From: a virus
Direction: 5' to 3' (one strand)
Length of the DNA: 64,000 bases
IMG/VR virus record: IMGVR_UViG_3300045988_115635
Coordinates: 41,405-105,404 of that record
In this document: piece after piece, positions 57,736 through 64,000 of the stretch
Numbering within the stretch: position 1 is the first letter of the stretch
Layout of the letters: each line of letters starts with the position of its first letter
Notes under the pieces: model-generated
Database searches by the model: none
What the model saw: only the letters and a program-made list of their open reading frames with translations
What the model was told of the DNA's origin: nothing
Program-made: the position numbers and the translations under genes

Positions 57736-58872
57736 TTATATCGCTTGATAGCCTTTATTATCAATCATTGCGTAAAATTCTTGGGTTGGTAGCCATTTAG
57801 TAGCTTCAACGTTAAACATGTTTGCCCCAGAAGCAGAATCAGCAAATTGAATCATACCAGATTCTTTATCCATAACTTCGATGATGTTTCCATCTTCTTT
57901 TTGATACTGATCTCCTTTTTCAGCAGTATCCATGTAAACGTCATGCTTGCCAGCTTCAATAAAATCATTGTCTAAAAGCTGCTCTACAAAATGATTTGCG
58001 CCAACCTTAAAACTCTTATTGTTATTAAGATTTATGCCTTCAATACTACCTTCTTTTTTAGCGGTAATTTGCATCTTAGAGCCAGTATGGCTAGATGCGT
58101 AAATGTTGCCTGGTTCAATTCCAATATAAGTGTTGTACCAGGTCTTACAATGATCTAATGCTTCTTGATAACCTTGTGAGTAACCATTAGAGACTTCCTC
58201 GCCGCCAACTAGAATAGAATACTCTGCTGGTTTGTCGACAAAATCATTACAGAATGTAATACGTGCTTCAATGTCTGGCTCAAAGTCGTAAACATCTACA
58301 GGTATTTCAATCTCTGGCGTGAGTGCTGTGTCTATAGAAAATACAAAGCCACATTCGGTACAGATATATGAAGTTTCAAACTCATCACGATAGTATTCTT
58401 CAATGAATGGAGAGCCACAAACAGGGCAAATACTAGAATCAATAAAAGCGGGGTCGCTTGTTAAGAAGTTAAGAGATTCTACATCTCCTGCCGTTACATA
58501 CCTGCTTGCAATATCCATTTGTGATGCATAAATTTTAGAAGCTAGAACACTTGGGCGTTCCTTCAATGCTGAAAAGCGGTAAACTCTGCCTTCTTTTACA
58601 GCGTATTCTTCATCATCTTCTTCAAAGGTGTTATCAAGTGTTTCAAAATCTTCTTCAGTAGCGTGAACAATACCGTTTTCATCATCAAACTCAACGGTAC
58701 ATTCAGTAAAAGGTGCTACTAGTTCTTTAATTTCATCTTTGCAAAGCAAACGTTCGTACTCGTTAATCGCGTCTGATATTTTCTCACGCGCTTCAGCTTC
58801 TGCTTCATCGTAAGTATAGGTATCTTCGACTTCTTCCGCGATTTGAGCCAGAATATCGGTTCTATAACTCAT
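57736..58872 (-). CDS. Hypothetical acidic protein with a zinc ribbon (378 aa)
   Basis: CPVCGSPF…CTECGF motif. First gene downstream of motif copy F. Confidence 0.4.
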   Translation of the reverse strand: MSYRTDILAQIAEEVEDTYTYDEAEAEAREKISDAINEYERLLCKDEIKELVAPFTECTVEFDDENGIVHATEEDFETLDNTFEEDDEEYAVKEGRVYRFSALKERPSVLASKIYASQMDIASRYVTAGDVESLNFLTSDPAFIDSSICPVCGSPFIEEYYRDEFETSYICTECGFVFSIDTALTPEIEIPVDVYDFEPDIEARITFCNDFVDKPAEYSILVGGEEVSNGYSQGYQEALDHCKTWYNTYIGIEPGNIYASSHTGSKMQITAKKEGSIEGINLNNNKSFKVGANHFVEQLLDNDFIEAGKHDVYMDTAEKGDQYQKEDGNIIEVMDKESGMIQFADSASGANMFNVEATKWLPTQEFYAMIDNKGYQAI

Positions 58873-58941
58873 TTCCGCTCCTTATCTTTATTTGCTTAGA
58901 AAATTGTAACAATATAAGAAAAGTCTCGCACCTTATAAAAC

Positions 58942-58977
58942 CTCAATTATTTTATTGAGATAGAACATCTGTTCTTA
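58942..58977. promoter_or_regulatory. Composite element, copy F: CTCAATTATTTTATTGAG + ATAGAACATCTGTTCTTA
   Basis: Read from the sequence. Lies between the terminator at 58985-59040 and the gene start at 58872. Confidence 0.65.
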
Positions 58978-58984
58978 TTTTAGA

Positions 58985-59040
58985 AGAAAAAAAATAAAAA
59001 ATACGCCCAAGTTTCGCATCGTTGATAGGCGCTGGGCGTG
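58985..59040 (-). terminator. Terminator-like hairpin followed by a U-rich run
   Basis: ACGCCCA / TGGGCGT stem with a large loop. Downstream on the minus strand: ATTTTTTATTTTTTTT. Confidence 0.45.
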
Positions 59041-59058
59041 TCATAGATATTATAGCAA

Positions 59059-59091
59059 GTCTGACAAAGGTCTGACAAAGGTCTGACAAAA
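59059..59091. repeat. Tandem direct repeat, 3 x 11 bp (GTCTGACAAAG)
   Basis: GTCTGACAAAG GTCTGACAAAG GTCTGACAAAA, read directly. Confidence 0.8.
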
Positions 59092-59116
59092 ATAAACCTC
59101 CTGCAAAAACAGGAGG
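59085..59116 (-). terminator. Hairpin CCTCCTG-CAAAAA-CAGGAGG followed by a U-rich run on the minus transcript
   Basis: Perfect 7-bp stem; on the minus strand it is followed by UUUAUUUUU. Confidence 0.45.
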
Positions 59117-59208
59117 TTCGAGGTGCCGCCAATGGATACTGAAACAATATTGTTGGCAAAAACAAGTATAGCACACTTTTATTTTGTCTATAAAAATAAT
59201 TCCGAACA

Positions 59209-59240
59209 TAAAAAAAGGGCGAACAATCAGGTGCTCGCCC
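59209..59240 (-). terminator. Rho-independent terminator after the small-ORF operon
   Basis: GGGCGA-(12-nt loop)-TCGCCC, preceded on plus by A7 (U7 on the minus transcript). Confidence 0.55.
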
Positions 59241-59282
59241 ACTAACAGCAAAGAAATTTTAACACCTAAAAGCTGTTTGTGT

Positions 59283-59498
59283 CTATAAGTTTCTAATAAT
59301 TTTTACTGCATCTTCAGTAGATAATTTTTCATCATCTTCTAATGCTTCTAAGATCATCGGAATTTCGTAAGAATAAATCTGCATAAGGTTGCTTTTACCT
59401 TTTGTGATTTTATCTACAAATTTAAGCGTTAAAAGATCACGTTTAGTCACATGTTCTGGTCTAGTACGATTTACAAAGAACTTAGTCATACCTAGCAT
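59283..59498 (-). CDS. Hypothetical protein (71 aa)
   Basis: ORF. Confidence 0.3.
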   Translation of the reverse strand: MLGMTKFFVNRTRPEHVTKRDLLTLKFVDKITKGKSNLMQIYSYEIPMILEALEDDEKLSTEDAVKIIRNL

Positions 59499-59794
59499 TT
59501 CTTAGCGTCCTTTTCAGCTTTAGCAATAGTAGCAAAAGCATCAGCATAACCCTCTAAGTAGCCGTTCATATAAGCCTTATCAGCTTCATTAAAGTTTTCA
59601 ATCATCTTTTCGTATTGCTTTGTAACATCTTCGCCAGCGTGACCTAGAACCAAATCTAAGATGCTGTCTTTTTGTTCGTCAGTAACCATTTTAATTTTCG
59701 TCCCTTCTTTCTTGCCACGGAATAAACAATAGCTTTCTATCTTCTGAACCCCACGAAGCACTTTGTTTAGGCTGGTAATAAGTATAGGTATCAA
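59492..59794 (-). CDS. Hypothetical protein (up to 100 aa; probably starts at the internal Met MVTDEQ)
   Basis: ORF. The N-terminal 35 aa overlap the upstream gene. Confidence 0.3.
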   Translation of the reverse strand: MIPILITSLNKVLRGVQKIESYCLFRGKKEGTKIKMVTDEQKDSILDLVLGHAGEDVTKQYEKMIENFNEADKAYMNGYLEGYADAFATIAKAEKDAKKC

Positions 59795-60236
59795 TTACGT
59801 ATTTAATTATATTTTCTTTGGTTGACGTGTCAGTAAAATATAGCCAAAGTTTTAGGGTAAATTTTAGAGACTGATTATATTCAACAACCGTACCTCTATA
59901 ACCTTCGTCCCAGTCGGTAGCTGATTCTTGCCATTCATGAAAAGCGTCCTGCCATAAAGGATAAATAAGAGTTGAGGGGTATTCCCAAAATTCAACAACC
60001 GCGCCTGTATCATCTGGTTTAGATGGGTCGTAGTCCTTTACGTCATTGCGCCAAATTTGAGCCATACCAAACTTTGGAGCACCATATAATTTAATCATTT
60101 GTTGACCAGTAGTAGTTATAGGTACAGGCTCGTCCCAGACTAACTTGCACATAGTAGTCTGCTCTACCTGTTGAACGGTCATATTAGCCGAAAAATCACC
60201 TAAAGATGTTTGATCAAACATGCCTACTCCAAACAT
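59691..60236 (-). CDS. Hypothetical Trp-rich protein (181 aa)
   Basis: ORF. Confidence 0.35.
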   Translation of the reverse strand: MFGVGMFDQTSLGDFSANMTVQQVEQTTMCKLVWDEPVPITTTGQQMIKLYGAPKFGMAQIWRNDVKDYDPSKPDDTGAVVEFWEYPSTLIYPLWQDAFHEWQESATDWDEGYRGTVVEYNQSLKFTLKLWLYFTDTSTKENIIKYVIDTYTYYQPKQSASWGSEDRKLLFIPWQERRDEN

Positions 60237-60547
60237 TCGGTTGTAACGTCACCTGGTTTTGTATTTTGAAGATATTCGCAAAGTTCGCAAAGTGAGTAGT
60301 TATCGCATTTTTCGCAATACTCTCTAACGTTTTCATAATTAAAAACGTCTATTTTGTCACTTCTACACTTCTTGATGATCTCCCAGCATGAGTTACACCA
60401 ATTAAATACCCATTTGTCGCTATAGTCAGAAATATAGCGTCTGTGAATCAGCGAGCCTTTTGGTAAGACCCTACCGCAACCATCACAGACGCTAGGCTTT
60501 CTAATCTTGGTAGTTTTATCATTTGTCCTATCAATATATAAACTCAT
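60224..60547 (-). CDS. Cys-rich zinc-finger protein (107 aa)
   Basis: Four CxxC pairs: CDGC…CNSC…CEKC…CELC. Confidence 0.4.
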   Translation of the reverse strand: MSLYIDRTNDKTTKIRKPSVCDGCGRVLPKGSLIHRRYISDYSDKWVFNWCNSCWEIIKKCRSDKIDVFNYENVREYCEKCDNYSLCELCEYLQNTKPGDVTTECLE

Positions 60548-60571
60548 AGGACTATTTTAGCTTGTTTGGTT

Positions 60572-61762
60572 TTATTCGGCTTTATAGTTGTATACGCTCT
60601 TTAGTGTGTTAGTCACAAGTACCGTTTTCTTAATATATTCCAAAATATAGTCAGAATCTTTATAAGCCATTGGTGATTCATCTAAGATATTAGAAGATAT
60701 ACACGTTGAATAAATACCCTCCATAGCAGACTTAAAATCTTTTACTCTTAGGCTATTCTTAGCTTTTGAGCGTGACATCTTACGACCTGACCCATGAGGT
60801 GCGGAATAGTTATAGTCAGAATTACCTAAACCAACACCGATAATACAACCATCAGCCATGTTAAATGGAATAATTACCTTTTGACCTTCCGTTGCAGAAA
60901 TAGCACCTTTTCTAATGATCTTATTGGCGGTATCTACATAGTTGTGTGTTGAACTTACAACCTCTGAATAGTCCCAACCCATACCAGCAGCAATTTCATT
61001 GGCTATAGTCATACGATTGTATTCTGCAAAGGTGTTGCAAAAAGTAGTGTCGTGTAAGTAGTTTTCCATATCTCTACCACTTACATAGCAAAGGTCGCTA
61101 TCAACTTTAGATTCATTGCTAATCTTGTTTACGGTATCCAATACGTACTGAATAAGTTCTTGTTTACCGTCATTCTTTAGTTTCTCAATAAGCTTTTCTT
61201 TTAAGTGCTTAATACTATTTTCATAGCCTGTAGTTTGAGTAGCTATGTTTTGGTAGTATTCGCACACTTGTTTTCCAAGGTTACGTGAGCCAGTATGAAT
61301 GACTAACCAGTATTCGCCGTTTAAATCCTGGTCAACTTCTATAAAGTGATTACCGCCGCCTAAAGTACCAATAGACTTTTTAAGTCTATCTATATTCTTT
61401 AAAGCATCATAGCAAGCTAAAGAATCATATTTAATAGGTGTACTAACCTCTGAACTTCTTACGTTCATACCGCTTGGTATGCGCTCTCTAATAACAGAAT
61501 CTAGCTTATCGAAGTCTATAGATTGTCGTTTGTTGTTAATCTTATAAGCGATAACACCACAAGAAATATCTACTCCTACGATGTTAGGAATAATCTTGTC
61601 AGAATAAGTGGTAGTAAGCCCTACTACGCAACCTTTACCAGCGTGAGCATCAGGCATAATTCTAATCTTTTGGTTTTTGAAAGCAGTAGAAGCAGAAAGT
61701 TCTTCAATTTGTTTTTCAGCTTCTTTTTCTAGGTCTTTTGCGTAAATTTGAACATCAGTCAT
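60572..61762 (-). CDS. rtcB: RNA-splicing ligase RtcB (3'-phosphate/2',3'-cyclic-phosphate to 5'-OH RNA ligase)
   Basis: Diagnostic RtcB motifs: MPDAHAGKGCVVG (metal ligands), GGGNHFIE, HTGSRNLG, and SAPHGSGRKMSRS (the His of the His-GMP intermediate). 396 aa. Confidence 0.8.
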   Translation of the reverse strand: MTDVQIYAKDLEKEAEKQIEELSASTAFKNQKIRIMPDAHAGKGCVVGLTTTYSDKIIPNIVGVDISCGVIAYKINNKRQSIDFDKLDSVIRERIPSGMNVRSSEVSTPIKYDSLACYDALKNIDRLKKSIGTLGGGNHFIEVDQDLNGEYWLVIHTGSRNLGKQVCEYYQNIATQTTGYENSIKHLKEKLIEKLKNDGKQELIQYVLDTVNKISNESKVDSDLCYVSGRDMENYLHDTTFCNTFAEYNRMTIANEIAAGMGWDYSEVVSSTHNYVDTANKIIRKGAISATEGQKVIIPFNMADGCIIGVGLGNSDYNYSAPHGSGRKMSRSKAKNSLRVKDFKSAMEGIYSTCISSNILDESPMAYKDSDYILEYIKKTVLVTNTLKSVYNYKAE

Positions 61763-62120
61763 TGTTTTTCTCCTTGCTAAAATAATTGTGCCATTGATAG
61801 CTATTCAAACTTGTTTTGATAACCTTCATATTACTATCTAAATACGCTATTCCTAAAGGATTGCCTGCATTTGGTATAAAATTTCTCACCATTGCGTCAG
61901 TTTCTTTTATTCCATAGCGCGTAAATTGATCTTCGTTAGTGTCCCAGGCTATTTTGTCAAAAGCCATTTCAATATCATCAATAACATTGGTCGATTGATC
62001 TATATTTACTGAAGCTGCGGTAGTGTAAACATGATTACCGTTAAAATCAGCACAAAGCAAAAACACTAAGTCATTAAGTTCTGTTAAATAGACCTCTACA
62101 GATTCTTTCATAAAAATCAC
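61755..62120 (-). CDS. Hypothetical protein (121 aa)
   Basis: ORF overlapping the rtcB start by 8 nt. Confidence 0.35.
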   Translation of the reverse strand: MIFMKESVEVYLTELNDLVFLLCADFNGNHVYTTAASVNIDQSTNVIDDIEMAFDKIAWDTNEDQFTRYGIKETDAMVRNFIPNAGNPLGIAYLDSNMKVIKTSLNSYQWHNYFSKEKNND

Positions 62121-62145
62121 CCTGGTATATTTTACCTATAAATAC

Positions 62146-62170
62146 AAAAAGACCCCCAAATTTGGGGGTC
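62146..62170 (-). terminator. Rho-independent terminator after the collagen-like fibre gene
   Basis: Perfect palindrome GACCCCCAAATTTGGGGGTC preceded on plus by A5 (U-run on the minus transcript). Confidence 0.6.
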
Positions 62171-62182
62171 TAATCATAATTT

Positions 62183-64000
62183 TTAGTAAATCAAAATACA
62201 GGTCGCGTTAGAAGGTGCACTGCCAAGGTCTGTGCCACAATAAACTTCTTTCGCGCTAGACGCTAAAGCGGTAGCAGTAACAGAAGTTACATTGATTGTG
62301 ATATTACCGCTTAAATCACCAGAGCCTGAACCTGTAACGTTACCTGCAAGTGTCCAAGTTTTAGACGCTGATAACTTTGTAGCAGTAGTAGCACTTGTTG
62401 CACTGGTAGCCGTTGATGCATTACCAGATAAAGCACCGTAGAAAGTAGTTGCATACATTGCAGAATACTTTAGCGATGATGTGCCTACTGTGCTTGCGTT
62501 GTTGGTTGTTGGGGTGATGTTTCCTGTGCCAGAAATAGCACCGCTTACATTACCAGAGCCATTAAATGACTGTCCCCAAAGTTTCCTAGAAGTTTGCAAC
62601 GTTGTAGCAGTACCAGCGTTACCAGATACTGTTGTTTGCAATGGGTGTACATGATCTTCACGCGCCCACTTAGTAGAATCTCCTACGTCTGCTGTACCAT
62701 TAGCTAAAGGAGCAGCGGTAGCAGCACTAGGAACACCGATATTTGTCCAAGCAGTAGATTGTGAAGTGCCACCTGTACCGCCTTTTGCAATAGCTACAGC
62801 ATTTACAAAGTCAGAAGAACCATAAGGCTGTGTATCTGATACTACAAGGTACTGTGTACCGTCATATACCATCAAGTAAGGTACATTAAGTCTAAAGTAA
62901 CCAGATGTAGGTATAGCAACTACTGTACCTGTTTGTGTCAAACGTCTAATGTTCTTAGCACCAAACGAATTGATATTAAGCGTTACAGACGTTGTGGTAG
63001 AGGTTACAGACGGAATAACAACAAAGATATGACCAGTGGTATTAGCTAAAGAACTTGCCCAAGCAGGACCAGAAATAGTGCCTGTATAAGCAGAAGAACT
63101 ACCGCCTAACGTAACAACGGGTGCAGACATTCTATTATCAACCTGATTTAAGGTAATTAAACCAGGTGTAGAAGCAGCAGCGTTAGGTATTTCTTCTAAT
63201 ACATCACCAACAATTTCTTGTTTGTCTGTATCAGTCCAATAATCAGTACCCTTTTGAGGTGTATCACCTTTTTCACCGCGAGGAATACCAAAGTTTAGCC
63301 TTGCAGCGTTAGAAGTACCAACATTAGAAACTGTAGCATCACTACCAGCAGACAATGTTGTGGTTTGATTTACAACAATAGTTGCTGCGTTTCCTGGTAC
63401 GCCTTGTGGACCCTGATCGCCGTCTTGCCCTGGACTACCTGTATCTCCTTTCTCGCCTTTCTCACCTTGGGGAATACCAAAGTCAAATACAGCAGCATTA
63501 GCATTACCAGCATTTACTACAGTAGGAGTTGAACCAGGGGCTAATTTAGAAACGCTACCAACGGCAATAGTAGCCGCTGCGCCCGTATTACCTTGCGGTC
63601 CTTGGTCACCTGTGTCACCTTTGTCACCCTTCAAACCTTGGGGAATACCAAAGTTCAAAACTTTGTTAGTAGAGGTGCTAGAAGAATCTTCAGTTACAGT
63701 TGCCTGACCGCCTGCTGGTAAGGTAGTAGTCTGTCCAACAGTGATAGTTGCAGGTGTTCCCGCTGGCCCTTGTTCACCTTGTGGTCCTTGGATACCCTGG
63801 ATACCCTGGCTACCCGTATCTCCTGTGTCTCCTTTGTCCCCTTTGTCCCCTTTAGGGATAACAAAGTTAAACACAGCAGCACTAGAAGAACCTGAATTAG
63901 TAACTTGTGCATTTGTACCAGCATCACCTGTTGTAACGTTGCCTACAGAAATGGTTGCAGCAGTACCAGTATCACCTTTTTCACCGCGAGGAATACCAAA
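62183..64000 (-). CDS. Collagen-like (Gly-X-Y) repeat tail fibre protein, C-terminal part; the gene continues beyond the right edge of the window
   Basis: Repeated modules NFGIP(Q/R)G-xKGxKGDTGxQGPQG… (GXY triplets), each followed by an ATITVGQTTTL-type segment. The same repeat continues in frame to position 64000, so the Met at 63874 is internal. Confidence 0.65.
   Translation of the reverse strand, partial: FGIPRGEKGDTGTAATISVGNVTTGDAGTNAQVTNSGSSSAAVFNFVIPKGDKGDKGDTGDTGSQGIQGIQGPQGEQGPAGTPATITVGQTTTLPAGGQATVTEDSSSTSTNKVLNFGIPQGLKGDKGDTGDQGPQGNTGAAATIAVGSVSKLAPGSTPTVVNAGNANAAVFDFGIPQGEKGEKGDTGSPGQDGDQGPQGVPGNAATIVVNQTTTLSAGSDATVSNVGTSNAARLNFGIPRGEKGDTPQKGTDYWTDTDKQEIVGDVLEEIPNAAASTPGLITLNQVDNRMSAPVVTLGGSSSAYTGTISGPAWASSLANTTGHIFVVIPSVTSTTTSVTLNINSFGAKNIRRLTQTGTVVAIPTSGYFRLNVPYLMVYDGTQYLVVSDTQPYGSSDFVNAVAIAKGGTGGTSQSTAWTNIGVPSAATAAPLANGTADVGDSTKWAREDHVHPLQTTVSGNAGTATTLQTSRKLWGQSFNGSGNVSGAISGTGNITPTTNNASTVGTSSLKYSAMYATTFYGALSGNASTATSATSATTATKLSASKTWTLAGNVTGSGSGDLSGNITINVTSVTATALASSAKEVYCGTDLGSAPSNATCILIY

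Noticed and set aside
59059-59091. Possible CRISPR-like array (3 x 11-bp repeat)
   Set aside because: The repeats are directly abutting with no spacers and only 11 bp long, with no cas genes nearby. This is a simple tandem repeat.
59110-59125. tRNA T-arm-like GGTTCGAGG
   Set aside because: No acceptor stem, D-arm or anticodon arm could be folded around it. It is part of a terminator hairpin.
61755-62120. Archease partner of RtcB
   Set aside because: The 121-aa ORF overlapping the rtcB start lacks the conserved archease N-terminal HTAD-type motif, so the assignment is unsupported.
63694-63927. 77-aa minus-strand ORF inside the collagen-like fibre gene
   Set aside because: It is an alternative frame of the GXY repeat DNA. 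The fibre frame is continuous through this region and beyond the window edge.
1-64000. Diversity-generating retroelement, integrase or attachment site
   Set aside because: There is no reverse-transcriptase motif (YxDD), no tyrosine or serine recombinase signature, and no tRNA-adjacent direct repeats in this window.

Overview
The window reads as a contiguous ~64 kb segment of a tailed dsDNA phage or prophage with contractile-tail (myovirus-type) morphogenesis genes. It is transcribed almost entirely leftward: every convincing gene except one is on the minus strand. Translation signals (strong AGGAGG-type ribosome-binding sites), CHAP and NlpC/P60 lysin domains and GAAC-N4-GTTC boxes point to a Firmicutes (Gram-positive) host. 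Gene order from high to low coordinate runs: collagen-like tail fibre (partial), RtcB RNA ligase, small Zn-finger proteins, a terminator-rich intergenic hub, a candidate replication initiator with an internal origin-like region, small and large terminase, a holin-like protein, a plus-strand moron, a pectate-lyase-like fragment followed by a fibronectin-III-repeat protein, portal, the head module (scaffold, major capsid, two paralogous head proteins), head-tail joining genes, sheath, tube, chaperones with a -1 frameshift site, tape measure, a striking triplet of paralogous tail-associated lysins (lysozyme-like, NlpC/P60, CHAP) interrupted by a C39-like peptidase with a signal/TM anchor, baseplate (gp25-like, J-like), large fibre proteins, and finally a replication module (SNF2 helicase, DnaC-like loader, partial SF2 helicase). 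A ~50 bp composite palindromic element built around a GAACA-NN-TGTTC core, which matches the LexA-type (Cheo-box) consensus GAAC-N4-GTTC of Firmicutes, recurs at six or more operon junctions, usually directly behind a rho-independent terminator. I found no tRNA, rRNA, CRISPR array, integrase or reverse transcriptase.
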